Source: Eledone cirrhosa
Lineage: Eukaryota
Assembly: GCA_964016885.1 (NCBI GenBank)
Contig: OZ024752.1
Location: 7,254,001-7,318,000 of the forward strand
Direction: 5' to 3'
DNA length: 64,000 nucleotides
Numbering within the stretch: the first letter of the stretch is position 1; each line of letters starts with the position of its first letter. Below are positions 29,094-42,979 of this stretch, in pieces. Below the pieces are notes generated by a model. That model was not told the origin of the DNA. It worked only from the letters and a program-made list of their open reading frames with translations, and searched no databases. The position numbers were made by a program, and so were the translations under genes.

Positions 29094-32000
29094 GTACCAT
29101 GCCAAGTCCTTCTCTATGGTACCATGTCAAATCCTTGTCTATGGTACCATGCCATGTCCTTGCCTATGGTACCTTGTCAAGTCCTTGTCTATGGTACCAT
29201 GTCAAGTCCTTCTCTATGGTACCATGCCAAGCCCTTCTCTATGGTACCATGCCAAGTCCTTCTCTATGGTACCATGTCAAGTCCTTCTCTATGGTACCAT
29301 GTCAAGTCCTTGTCTATGTCACCATGTCAAGACCTTCTCTATGGTTCCATGTCAAGTCCTTCTCTATGGTACCATGTCAAGTCCTTGTCTATGGTACCAT
29401 GTCAAGTCCTTGTCTATGGTACCATGTCAAGACCTTGTCTATGTCACCATGTCAAGACCTTCTCTATGGTACCATGTCAAGTCCTTGTCTATGGTACCAT
29501 GTCAAGTCCTTGTCTATGGTACCATGTCAAGTCCTTGTCTATGGTACCATGTCAAGTCCTTGTCTATGGTACCATGTCAAGTCCTTCTCTATGGTACCTT
29601 GTCAAGTCCTTGTCTATGGTACCATGTCAAGTCCTTGTCTATGGTACCATGTCAAGTCCTTGTCTATGGTACCATGTCAAGTCCTTGTCTATGTCACTAT
29701 GTCAAGACCTTCTCTATGGTACCATGCCAAGTCCTTGTCTATGGTACCATGTCAAGTCCTTGTCTATGGTACCATGTCAAGTCCTTGTCTATGGTACCAT
29801 GTCAAGTCCTTGTCTATGGTACCATGTCAAGTCCTTCTCTATGGTACCTTGTCAAGTCCTTGTCTATGGTACCTTGTCAAGTCCTTGTCTATGGTACCAT
29901 GTCAAGTCCTTGTCTATGGTACCATGTCAAGTCCTTGTCTATGTCACTATGTCAAGACCTTCTCTATGGTACCATGCCAAGTCCTTGTCTATGGTACCAT
30001 GTCAAGTCCTTGTCTATGGCACCATGTCAAGTCCTTGTCTATGGTACCATGTCAAGTCCTTGTCTATGGTACCATGTCAAGTCCTTCTCTATGGTACCAT
30101 GCCAAGTCCTTGTCTATGGTACCATGTCAAGTCCTTGTCTATGTCACCATGTCAAGTCCTTCTCTATGGTACCATGTCAAGTCCTTCTCTATGTCACCAT
30201 GTCAAGTCCTTGTCTATGGTACCATGTCAAGTCCTTCTCTATGGTACCATGTCAAGTCCTTGTCTATGGTACCATGTCAAGTCCTTGTCTATGGTACCAT
30301 GTCAAGTCCTTGTCTATGGTACCATGTCAAGTCCTTGTCTATGGTACCATGTCAAGTCCTTGTCTATGGTACCATGTCAAGTCCTTGTCTATGTCACAAT
30401 GTCAAGTCCTTGTCTATGGTACCATGTCAAGTCCTTGTCTATGGTACCATGTCAAGTCCTTGTCTATGGTACCATGTCAAGTCCTTGTCTATGGTACCAT
30501 GTCAAGTCCTTGTCTATGGTACCATGTCAAGTCCTTCTCTATGGTACCATGTCAAGTCCTTGTCTATGGTACCATGCCAAGTCCTTGTCTATGGTACCAT
30601 GTCAAGTCCTTGTCTATGGTACCATGTCAAGTCCTTGTCTATGTCACAATGTCAAGTCCTTGTCTATGGTACCATGTCAAGTCCTTGTCTATGGTACCAT
30701 GTCAAGTCCTTGTCTATGGTACCATGCCAAGTCCTTGTCTATGGTACCATGTCAAGTCCTTGTCTATGTCACCATGTCAAGTCCTTCTCTATGGTACCAT
30801 GTCAAGTCCTTGTCTATGGTACCATGTCAAGTCCTTGTCTATGGCACCATGTCAAGTCCTTGTCTATGGTACCATGTCATGTCCTTGTCTATGGTACCAT
30901 GTCAAGTCCTTGTCTATGGCACCATGTCAAGTCCTTGTCTATGGTATCATGTCAAGTCCTTGTCTATGGTACCATGTCAAGTCCTTCTCTATGGTACCAT
31001 GCCAAGTCCTTGTCTATGGTACCATGTCAAGTTCTTGTCTATGTCACCAGGTCAAGTCCTTCTCTATGGTACCATGTCAAGTCCTTCTCTATGTCACCAT
31101 GTCAAGTCCTTGTCTATGGTACCATGCCAAGTCCTTCTCTATGGTACCATGTCAAGTCCTTGTCTATGGTACCATGTCAAGTCCTTGTCTATGGTACCAT
31201 GTCAAGTCCTTGTCTATGGTACCATGTCAAGTCCTTCTCTATGGTACCATGTCACGTCCTTCTCTATGGTACCATGTCAAGTCCTTGTCTATGTCACAAT
31301 GTCAAGTCCTTGCCTATGGTACCATGTCAAGTCCTTGTCTATGGTACCATGTCAAGTCCTTCTCTATGGTACCATGTCAAGTCCTTGTCTATGGTACCAT
31401 GTCAAGTCCTTGTCTATGGTACCATGTCAAGTTCTTGTCTATGATACCATGTCAAGTCCTTGTCTATGGTACCATGTCAAGTCCTTCTCTATGGTACCAT
31501 GTCAAGTCCTTGTCTATGGTACCATGTCAAGTCCTTGTCTATGTCACCATGTCAAGTCCTTCTCTATGGTACCATGTCAAGTCCTTGTCTATGGTACCAT
31601 GTCAAGTCCTTGTCTATGGCACCATGTCAAGTCCTTGTCTATGGTACCATGTCAAGTCCTTGTCTATGGTACCATGTCAAGTCCTTGTCTATGGTACCAT
31701 GTCAAGTCCTTGTCTATGGTACCATGTCAAGTCCTTGTCTATGTCACCATGTCAAGTCCTTGTCTATGGTACCATGCCAAGTCCTTGTCTATGGCACCAT
31801 GCCAAGTCCTTGTCTATGGTACCATGTCAAGTCCTTCTCTATGGTACCATGTCAAGTCCTTGTCTATGGTACCATGTCAAGTCCTTGTCTATGGTACCAT
31901 GTCAAGTCCTTGTCTATGGTACCATGTCAAGTCCTTGTCTATGGTACCATGTCAAGTCCTTCTCTATGGTACCATGTCAAGTCCTTGTCTATGGTACCAT

Positions 32001-33325
32001 GTCAAGTCCTTGTCTATGGTACCATGTCAAGTCCTTGTCTATGGTACCATGTCAAGTCCTTCTTTATGGTACCATGTCACGTCCTTCTCTATGGTACCAT
32101 GTCAAGTCCTTGTCTATGTCACAATGTCAAGTCCTTGCCTATGGTACCATGTCAAGTCCTTGTCTATGGTACCATGTCAAGTCCTTCTCTATGGTACCAT
32201 GTCAAGTCCTTGTCTATGGTACCATGTCAAGTCCTTGTCTATGGTACCATGTCAAGTCCTTGTCTATGATACCATGTCAAGTCCTTGTCTATGGTACCAT
32301 GTCAAGTCCTTCTCTATGGTACCATGTCAAGTCCTTGTCTATGGTACCATGTCAAGTCCTTGTCTATGTCACTATGTCAAGACCTTCTCTATGGTACCAT
32401 GTCAAGTCCTTGTCTATGTCACCATGTCAAGTCCTTCTCTATGGTACCATGTCAAGTCCTTGTCTATGGTACCATGTCAAGTCCTTGTCTATGGCACCAT
32501 GTCAAGTCCTTGTCTATGGTACCATGTCAAGTCCTTGTCTATGGTACCATGTCAAGTCCTTGTCTATGGTACCATGTCAAGTCCTTGTCTATGGTACCAT
32601 GTCAAGTCCTTGTCTACGTCACCATGTCAAGTCCTTGTCTATGGTACCATGCCAAGTCCTTGTCTATGGCACCATGCCAAGTCCTTGTCTATGGTACCAT
32701 GTCAAGTCCTTCTCTATGGTACCATGTCAAGTCCTTGTCTATGGTACCATGTCAAGTCCTTGTCTATGGTACCATGTCAAGTCCTTGTCTATGGTACCAT
32801 GTCAAGTCCTTGTCTATGGTACCATGTCAAGTCCTTCTCTATGGTACCATGTCAAGTCCTTGTCTATGGTACCATGTCAAGTCCTTCTCTATGGTACCAT
32901 GTCAAGTCCTTGTCTATGGTACCATGTCAAGTCCTTGTCTATGTCACCATGTCAAGTCCTTCTCTATGGTACCATGTCAAGTCCTTGTCTATGGTACCAT
33001 GTCAAGTCCTTGTCTATGGTACCATGTCAAGTCCTTGTCTATGGTACCATGTCAAGTTCTTGTCTATGTCACCATGTCAAGTCCTTGTCTATGGTACCAT
33101 GTCAAGTCCTTGTCTATGGTACCATGTCAAGTCCTTCTCTATGGTACCATGTCAAGTCCTTGTCTATGGTACCATGTCAAGTCCTTGTCTATAGTACCAT
33201 GTCAAGTCCTTCTCTATGGTACCATGTCAAGTCCTTGTCTATGATACCATGTCAAGTCCTTGTCTATGGTACCATGTCAAGTCCTTGTCTATGGTACCAT
33301 GTCAAGTCCTTGTCTATGGCACCAT
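29094..33325. repeat. 25-bp minisatellite, about 169 copies
   Basis: ATGGTACCATGTCAAGTCCTTGTCT. Confidence 0.98.
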
Positions 33326-33385
33326 CCTACAGTGGACCAAATTAAGTCCTTATGATTACACGGCAAACTTCTTAACTGTTAACCA

Positions 33386-34124
33386 TGCACACACACATGT
33401 ATACACATACAAATACATACACAAGCACACACACACACATACACATACAAATACATACACATGCACACACACACATATACACATACAAATACATACACAT
33501 GCACACACACATGTATACACATACAAATACATACACAAGCACACACACACACATACACATACAAATACATACACATGCACACACACACATATACACATAC
33601 AAATACATACACATGCACACACACCTGCACATATACACATACAAATACATACACATGCACACACACCTGCACATATGTACATATGATACTTATATATACA
33701 CACAAATACATACACGTGCACACACACACACAGATACAGATATACTAACATCTCCATATACACACACAAATAGATATATACACATGCACACACGCATACA
33801 CATGCGCACACACACACACACACACACACAGAAATAGACAAATAGATACACACACATCCATATACATACACACAAATACACACACACTCATACACATATA
33901 GACACACACACACATCTTCCCACTAAAGATTATCCCCCGTGTCTCCAGATTATTCCAGAAGAAGGAAACGAGATAAAAACCAGAGAATCTCTGGAAATCC
34001 AAATCTCTGGAAATAATCCAATATTTTCCTCCATTAAAACCTAAAATATTTCCGTTTCTCTCCAATTATTGATTTTATTCAATTTCTCTCGGATGAAAGC
34101 TGTCAATATTATTGGAGAGCTTCT

Positions 34125-34200
<76 letters not shown>

Positions 34201-34328
34201 AATGTGTGTACTGTTGCATGTGTGTGTGTGTGTATGTGTATCTGTGTGTGTAAGTGTGTGTGTGTATGTGTGTGTGTGTATGTGTGTGTGTGTACTGTTG
34301 TCTGTGTGTAATTGTGTGTGTGTGTGAT

Positions 34329-34363
<35 letters not shown>

Positions 34364-34700
34364 ATGTGTGTGTGTGTGTATGTGTAAGTATGTGTGTATA
34401 TGTGTATGCAATTGTGTGTGCATGTGTGTGTGTGATCGTGTGTGTATGTGTGAGTGAGTGTGCGTGTGTGTGTGTGTGCATGGGTGTATGTGTATCTGTG
34501 TGTGTGATTGTGTATGTATGAGTATGTATATGTGTGTGCATGTGTGTGTATGTACTTACATACACACACATACATGTGTATATGCATGTGTGTGTGTGTA
34601 TGTACGTGTGTGTGTATATGCATATATGTGTGTGTGTATGTGATTGTGTGTCTGTATGTGTATGTATATGTGTGTATGTGTATGTATGTGTGTGTGTGTG
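33386..34700. repeat. Degenerate (CA)n tract (33386-33914) facing a degenerate (TG)n tract (34126-34700)
   Basis: Direct reading. Confidence 0.9.
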
Positions 34701-34961
34701 AGGGGGAAACATGGCGTTTTTAGTGCAAGTCTTCCCTGTTGTCATGGTATCAATGACGTTTCTGGCTGTGGTCATGTGACAGCTGTGCCTCTATAGCAAC
34801 CAATGACAGAACTGTGAAAATATCTGGACTGATATTAGTGCAGACGTCATCACATCACGTGATCTCCTCACTGTCAACTAAAATGCAAACCAAGTATCCA
34901 TTGAAGGGAAAACCTTCTAGACAGGCAGTTGTTCCTGCTAGAAATAGTAGCCAAGTCTCCC

Positions 34962-36973
34962 TTAACCCTTTACCATTTACATTACTCTATATATACTATT
35001 GTATTTTCACAGTAAAGGCTTTATCTTGCATAATATCTTACATAACATTTATATTACTCTATATATACTATTGTATTTTCACAGTAAAGGCTTTACCTCA
35101 CATAATATCTCACATAACATTTATATTACTCTATATATACTATCGTATTTTCACAGTAAAGGCTTTACCTCACATAATATCTCACATAACATTTACATTA
35201 CTCTATATATACTATTGTATTTTCACAGTAAAGGCTTTACCTCACATAATATCTCACATAACATTTACATTACTCTATATATACTATTGTATTTTCACAG
35301 TAAAGGCTTTACCTTACATAATATCTTACATAACATTTATATTACTCTATATATACTATTGTATTTTCACAGTAAAGGCTTTACCTCACATAATATCTCA
35401 CATAACATTTACATTACTCTATATATACTATTGTATTTTCACAGTAAAGGCTTTACCTCACATAATATCTCACATAACATTTACATTACTCTATATATAC
35501 TATTGTATTTTCACAGTAAAGGCTTTATCTTACATAATATCTTACATAACATTTATATTACTCTATATATACTATTGTATTTTCACAGTAAAGGCTTTAC
35601 CTCACATAATATCTCACATAACATTTATATTACTCTATATATACTATTGTATTTCCACAGTAAAGGCTTTATCTTACATAATATCTTACATAACATTCAT
35701 ATTACTCTATATATACTATTGTATTTTCACAGTAAAGGCTTTACCTCACATAATATCTCACATAACATTTATATTACTCTATATATACTATCGTATTTTC
35801 ACAGTAAAGGCTTTACCTCACATAATATCTCACATAACATTTACATTACTCTATATATACTATTGTATTTTCACAGTAAAGGCTTTACCTCACATAATAT
35901 CTCACATAACATTTACATTACTCTATATATACTATTGTATTTTCACAGTAAAGGCTTTACCTCACATAATATCTCACATAACATTTACATTACTCTATAT
36001 ATACTATTCTATTTTCACAGTAAAGGCTTTACCTCACATAATATCTCACATAACATTTACATTACTCTATATATACTATTGTATTTTCACAGTAAAGGCT
36101 TTACCTCACATAATATCTCACATAACATTTACATTACTCTATATATACTATTGTATTTTCACAGTAAAGGCTTTACCTCACATAATATCTCACATAACAT
36201 TTACATTACTCTATATATACTATTGTATTTTCACAGTAAAGGCTTTACTTCACATAATATCTCACATAACATTTACATTACTCTATATATACTATTGTAT
36301 TTTCACAGTAAAGGCTTTACCTCACATAATATCTCACATAACATTTACATTACTCTATATATACTATTCTATTTTCACAGTAAAGGCTTTACCTCACATA
36401 ATATCTCACATAACATTTACATTACTCTATATATACTATTGTATTTTCACAGTAAAGGCTTTACCTCACATAATATCTCACATAACATTTACATTACTCT
36501 ATATATACTATTGTATTTTCACAGTAAAGGCTTTACCTCACATAATATCTCACATAACATTTACATTACTCTATATATACTATTGTATTTTCACAGTAAA
36601 GGCTTTATCTTGCATAATATCTTACATAACATTTATATTACTCTATATATACTATTCTATTTTCACAGTAAAGGCTTTACCTCACATAATATCTCACATA
36701 ACATTTACATTACTCTATATATACTATTGTATTTTCACAGTAAAGGCTTTACCTCACATAATATCTCACATAACATTTACATTACTCTATATATACTATT
36801 GTATTTTCACAGTAAAGGCTTTATCTTACATAATATCTTACATAACATTTATATTACTCTATATATACTATTCTATTTTCACAGTAAAGGCTTTACCTCA
36901 CATAATATCGAATCTATGAGAGTTAGATATTATTTATTTTGAGAACAATACCTTAACATAAGTATGAGTGGCC
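34962..36973 (-). repeat. MITE copy D with about 32 units of the 60-bp satellite
   Basis: TTAACCCTTTACCATTT terminus at 34962, strict 60-bp period, MITE body at 36900-36973. Confidence 0.9.
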
Positions 36974-37694
36974 TCTGGAAGGGCAAGGTTGAAGGGTGGG
37001 AGGTGAAGGGAAATGGTAGCCTGTAGGTGGGGCAGTGCTGAGGGTGTAAGGGAAGCAGTGGGGTCAGTGTCATGAGCCTGGATGATGGCAGGGCAAGGGT
37101 GTATCCTGGCCGAGGGAGGGAAGGGCAGTCTGGCCAGGTAATGATCCTGAGACTCAACGTCAGGAGTTTGAGGGCAGAGACGGTGGAGAGGAAGTTATTG
37201 GGAGAAGGGGTGGAGTGGTGTGAGTGGGAGGGGGTGAAGTTGGGGTAGGGGTGGTGTGGTGGGAGGGGGTGAAGTCGGAGTAGGGGTGGGTGGGAGGGGG
37301 TGCAGTTGAGGTAGGGGTGGGTGGGGTGGGAGAGGAAGAATTCGAGCTAGGGGTGGGGGATGATAAGAGAGGTGGTATGAGAGGAAGTTGATGGGGGAAA
37401 AGACGGAGGTGGGGAAGTCATGGGTTGGGTGGAACAGAAAATGGCGATGTGTGTGTGTGTGCTCATGAGGAGATGTGTGTGTGTGTGTATTTGCTGAGGA
37501 GGAGATATGTGTGTGTGCTGAAGAAGGATGTGTGTGTGTGCTGAGTTGCACCAGTCAAGCTAAGCAGCAGACATACTTCTACTCTGCTAACTGATGTCTC
37601 TATTCTCACTGCAGGATATTATATACAAGAGGTCAACAATGTCACTTATAAAGTAGATATGAGACACCATGATACGGAGATTCTTGTAGCCAGC

Positions 37695-38445
37695 ACCTAG
37701 GTGTTATATACAAGGTAGACCCCATCTAGAGAACGATGCTATATACAAGGTACTCCCCACCTAGAACGATGCTATATACAGGGTAGACCCCACCTAGAAA
37801 ACGATATTATATTCAAGGTAGCCACCACCTAGAGAATGGTGCTATATACAGGGCAGACCCCACCTAGAGAATGGTGTTATATACAAGGTAGCCAATACCT
37901 AGAGAACGGCGCTATATACAAGGTAGCCACTACCTAGAGAACGGCCCCCACCTAGTGAACAGTGTTATATACAGGTTAAACGCCACCTAGAGAACAGTAC
38001 TATATACAAGGTAGCCTCCCACCTAAAACGGTGCTATATACAAGGTAGCCCCCACCTAGAAAACGTTGCTATATACACGGTAGCCCCCAACTAAAATAGT
38101 ACTATATACAAGGTATCCCCCACCTAAAACGGTGCTATATACAAGGTATCCTCCACCTAGAGAACAGTACTATATACAAGGTAGCCACCGCCTAGATGAC
38201 GGTAGTATATACAAGGTATCCCCTATCTAGAGAACGGTACTATATACAAGGTAGCCCCCACCTAGAGAACGGTACTATATACATGGTATCCCCCACCTAA
38301 AACAGTACTATATACAAGGTAGTCCCCACCTGAAATAGTACTATATACAAGGTAACCCCACCTAAAACACGGTACTATATGCAAGGTAGCTCCCACCTAG
38401 AGAACGGTGCTATATACAAGGTAGCCCCCACCTAAAACAGTACTA
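37695..38445. repeat. Degenerate 33-35-bp minisatellite, about 22 copies
   Basis: TATATACAAGGTAGCCCCCACCTAGAGAACGGTGC consensus. Confidence 0.88.
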
Positions 38446-38558
38446 ATCATTTTCTTTTTAATATGGAAAGTTTTTGATATATTTCAAGGCAATTTCTTTG
38501 GTATTTAAAATAGTTAATTAAATCCAAGTTTCAAATTACATTATAGTCAAATGTAAAC

Positions 38559-38613
<55 letters not shown>

Positions 38614-38939
38614 AACACTGACACACACACGCATAAATGTGTGTTTAATTTTTCATCGTTTTCAACCAACTTTCTTAACTTTGATCGCAGCTTAACCTTC
38701 GTCTTCACCACGTAAAAAGTGTTTAAACAGCTTTTGTAAGATAAAATATTGTTACATTGAAAAAAAAAAAAAGAGGATTTCAAAGGGAAATAAATCGTAT
38801 AAGATTATGGTTTCAGATTTATTTCTCTTTAATGGTAGAATTGATAAAATTCACTTGAAACATGTAACATAGTGAATGTATTGACTTTGTCTCCCCATAA
38901 CTTTTTTAATAATGAATATTATTTATTCAAAGGGTCGGA

Positions 38940-39122
38940 TTGGCAGTATCGGTAGAGGATCGGACGCCATGCTTTGCGGCATAGAGTTACGGCCCTTTAC
39001 GATCTGAGTTCAAATCCCGCCGAGGTTAACTTTGCCTTTCGTCCTTACGGGGTCGATAAAATAAAGTACCAGTAACGTACTGGGGGTAATTGCTGGCCTT
39101 GTGCCAAAAGTAGAAACAATTA
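38940..39122 (+). mobile_element. Family 2 SINE
   Basis: Full head, core and tail as at 2042-2250. Confidence 0.8.
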
Positions 39123-39273
39123 TATATTGAAATTTTGCAAAGATACGTATTAAAATGACTAGATTCTAATTCTGGAGATGGAAAGAAAACATTTTAACAA
39201 GACTAAAACGTGTGACTAGAAGTAGATTTGTTTGCTATTTCTATCAATTAAATTAAGGAAAGGCGCGACACAC

Positions 39274-39413
39274 CTGCCTTAGTGGTTGTTATATTAGTTG
39301 ACCTTGTCCAGAATGAGGTAAATCCGTGAGCACCCAAACATCTGGCTAGAACCAGCAAAATCACGTGTTTCTCCATGACCCCCTCTTCCGCTTCCGCCAA
39401 ACCATGACGTCAT
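39274..39413 (-). promoter_or_regulatory. Candidate promoter and first exon of a second, unidentified minus-strand gene
   Basis: Local CpG cluster with CRE TGACGTCA (about 39405-39412), tandem ETS-like CGGAAGCGGAAG and E-box CACGTG. A gtcATGG start at 39376 opens MEKHVILLVLARCLGAHG... and ends at a CAG|gtgtgt donor at 39274. Confidence 0.35.
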
Positions 39414-39677
39414 TTATTTGAAATATTTCTGCTCTGCTACCCTCGTAGTCCTCAACAACATTTAGAAGAATATTTCGATTGTCTTGTATCTTTACTTGCT
39501 GAAGTACTTTAAGTGTGTATTGAGCTTGTCTCATTTCTCACCTTACCAAAAGTAATAGTGGAATATTCCATTATAATCACTTATATCACGGTGTGTGATT
39601 TGAGGGAGACTTGGCTGCTACTTCTAACATTTTCCTATATATTTTTATATTGTATGGCTGCTTTTTTCTGGTACCTA

Positions 39678-40046
39678 CAATAATTGTTTCTACTTTTGGC
39701 ACAAGGCCAGCAATTACCCAGTGTATTACTGGTACTTTATTTTATCGACCCCGTAAGGATGAAAGGCAAAGTTAACCTCGGCGGGATTTGAACTCAGATC
39801 GTAAAGGGACGTAACTACGCTGGAAAGCATGTCCGACCCTCTACCAATACTGCCAATTCACCGACAATAATTGTTTCTACTTTTGGCACAAGGCCAGCAA
39901 TTACCCAGTGTATTACTGGTACTTTATTTTATCGACCCCGTAAGGATGAAAGGCAAAGTCAACCTCGGCGGGATTTGAACTCAGATCGTAAAGGACGTAA
40001 CTATGTTGGAAAGCATGGCGTCCGACCCTCTACCGATACTGCCAAC
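39678..40046 (-). mobile_element. Two tandem family 2 SINEs
   Basis: Two near-identical head-to-tail copies of about 185 bp. Confidence 0.8.
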
Positions 40047-40499
40047 ACGTCTCTAAGCCAGGCCTAAGGTTTTCCAAAGGGAAATCAATCATACAAGACT
40101 ATCTTTCAAACTTATCTCCCTTGGATAATATTTTTATAGGAATTTTGCAAAGTTATGTATTAGAATCTGTAGATAACGAATGTGGAACGGGATTAAAAGG
40201 AATTTTAACAAGACTAGAATATGTAGTAAGAAGTAGATTTATTTCTATTTCTATCATTTTCTAACACAGCGTGACACAGTGTTTTTGATTTACAGAGACA
40301 GCCACTTTCACAATAATACAAGATCGACTGAGTATTCCAGACACATATACCCATAACATACTTTCCAGAAACATTCAGAATAACAACCCTTAGAATTACA
40401 CACACACATGCTACCGAACAATATACAAGGAACTTTTAACAATGAAGGTTATGTTATTTTCATCTACATTATTTTTACATTTCTATTTCCATGAGTTAG

Positions 40500-41665
40500 A
40501 TGAGTCTTCTCTAGCACAACATCCTTCCACTTGTCTCTTTATCATCTTCTCTGTGAAGTTCAGCATCCATAGATCTGCTTTCATCACTTCTTTACCCAAG
40601 ATTTCTTCAACATACTTCTACCATATCTTCGTTCCATGTGAAACTCCTGGCACTTCTTCACCCAACAAACTTCTACCATATCTTCCTTTCATGTGAAACT
40701 CCTGGCACTTCTTCACCCAACAAACTTCTACCATATCTTCCTTTCATGTGAAACTCCTGGCACTTCTTCACCCAACAAACTTCTACCATATCTTCCTTCC
40801 ATGTGAAATTCCTGGCACTTCTTCACCCAACAAACTTCTACCATATCTTCCTTCCATGTGAAACTCCTGGCACTTCTTCACCCAACAAACTTCTACCATA
40901 TCTTCCTTCCATGTGAAACTCCTGGCACTTCTTCACCCAACAAACTTCTACCATATCTTCCTTCCATGTGAAACTCCTGGCACTTCTTCACCCAACAAAC
41001 TTCTACCATATCTTCCTTCCATGTGAAACTCCTGGCACTTCTTCACCCAACAAACTTCTACCATATCTTCCTTCCATGTGAAACTCCTGGCACTTCTTCA
41101 CCCAACAAACTTCTACCATATCTTCCTTCCATGTGAAACTCCTGGCACTTCTTCACCCAACAAACTTCTACCATATCTTCCTTTCATGTGAAACTCCTGG
41201 CACTTCTTCACCCAACAAACTTCTACCATATCTTCCTTCCATGTGAAATTCCTGGCACTTCTTCACCCAACAAACTTCTACCATATCTTCCTTCCATGTG
41301 AAACTCCTGGCACTTCTTCACCCAACAAACTTCTACCATATCTTCCTTCCATGTGAAACTCCTGGCACTTCTTCACCCAACAAACTTCTACCATATCTTC
41401 CTTCCATGTGAAACTCCTGGCACTTCTTCACCCAACAAACTTCTACCATATCTTCCTTCCATGTGAAATTCCTGGCACTTCTTCACCCAACAAACTTCTA
41501 CCATATCTTCGTTCCATGTGAAACTCCTGGCACTTCTTCACCCAACAATGTCGATACCAGTGCATTCTTCTGTCTTGCACACTACAACTGATTCCTCTGA
41601 TATCCAGTTTTTCTCTGAACTCATTCATCCTTTGTCCTTTATAAATCCTAACATTACACATTTAA
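40500..41665 (-). mobile_element. Old RTE ORF2 3' fragment containing an internal 55-bp tandem array
   Basis: EFREKLDIRGISCSVQDRRMHWYRHCWVKKCQEFHME... on one flank and EVMKADL... on the other. Confidence 0.75.
40615..41548. repeat. 55-bp minisatellite, 17 copies, RTE-derived
   Basis: CCATATCTTCCTTCCATGTGAAACTCCTGGCACTTCTTCACCCAACAAACTTCTA. Confidence 0.95.
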
Positions 41666-41704
41666 TGACAAATGAATATATTAATGACAAATACCTCCAC
41701 AACA

Positions 41705-42175
41705 ACACCTGGGCCTTCTATGTGAGATCTCAGGTGAGCCTACGTCATAGTTACACCTGGGCCTTCTATATGAGATCTCAGGTGAGCCTACGTCACAGTT
41801 ACACCTGGGCCATCTATGTGAGATCTCAGGTGAGCCTACGTCACAGTTACACCTGGGCCATCTATGTGAGATCTCAGGTGAGCCTACATCACAGTTACAC
41901 CTAGGCCATCTATGTGAGATCTCAGGTGAGCCTACGTCACAGTTACACCTGGGCCATCTATGTGAGCCTACGTCACAGTTACACCTGGGCCTTCTATGTG
42001 AGATCTCAGGTGAGCCTACATCACAGTTACACCTGGGCCATCTATGTGAGATCTCAGGTGAGCCTACGTCACAGTTACACCTGGGCCATCTATGTGAGAT
42101 CTCAGGTGAGCCTACGTCACAGTTACACCTGGGCCTTCTATGTGAGATCTCAGGTGAGCCTACGTCACAGTTACA
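41705..42175. repeat. 48-bp minisatellite, about 10 copies
   Basis: ACACCTGGGCCATCTATGTGAGATCTCAGGTGAGCCTACGTCACAGTT. Confidence 0.95.
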
Positions 42176-42383
42176 AACATAAATAAGACCAGCATTATCA
42201 AAGCCCCTCATTCATCAAAAGCCAACCACAAAAGCAGGGCTATAGATAGTGTAGCAACAGTGATAGCAATGCCCCAGTAGGGCCACAGACCAAGGGCTGA
42301 AACAGGTAATAAAAATTAAAAAATAGAAAATGGAAAAAAATATTAAAACAACAAAAGAGAAGATTTCTTTGAAATGTCATGGA

Positions 42384-42389
42384 TTTATT
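42384..42389 (-). terminator. Candidate GRIPAP1 polyadenylation signal (AATAAA)
   Basis: AATAAA on the minus strand followed by a U-rich tract, at the end of about 4 kb of mostly unique UTR-like sequence. Other AATAAA sites exist (e.g. 45336), so the site is uncertain. Confidence 0.3.
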
Positions 42390-42707
42390 GTAGAAACAGA
42401 GAACAATAAGTGAACCTTGACAAAATTCACATAATCCCTGCTGTATGAGGGTTAAAACATGGTAGTTTGGAAGGACTTAGGCAGTTTTCTTGAAGAGCAG
42501 AAACAAGATCAAAAAATAGACTCATGAAGTTTAGATTGAAAAAGTTTATCATTTCAACCTACAAAAATTACTAACATATAAAGTTTTGTTTTATTTTATT
42601 TGCTAAATTAATCCCTTAACCATTTAGTCAAAGATTTGGTGCAGCCAAACTAGAAGTGGAGAGAGTGCTGGAGGTGGTCAAACTGTACAGAGTATTTCTG
42701 ATTAGAC

Positions 42708-42979
42708 CAGTGGTTCTGAAATTGGGGTACACACCCCATAGGGGAGCAATTTAAATATTTGGAGGGAAGGAGATATTTATTTAAATAGCAAACATGCTTT
42801 TATATGTTGAAGGAGGGCATCAAATGATGGAACATCATCATCATCATCATCCTCATTTAACATCCATTTCCCCCCCAGCAAGGGTTCGACAGGTCTACAT
42901 AAACTGAGTACTTAGTTGATGCCACTGACAGACTAAAGGATATATCTCACTTATGGAGCAGAGAAACTAAGAACCATTG
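42708..42979. mobile_element. hAT (Charlie-like) MITE with a nested RTE tail fragment
   Basis: CAGTGGTTCT...AGAACCATTG termini; 8-bp flanks GATTAGAC / GTTTAGAC. Confidence 0.55.

Noticed and set aside
29020-33345. 1441-aa and 1356-aa Cys-rich ORFs
   Set aside because: The stop-free 25-bp unit gives the same peptide in all three frames; artefact.
34814-36942. 701-aa and 647-aa hydrophobic ORFs
   Set aside because: 60-bp satellite inside a MITE.
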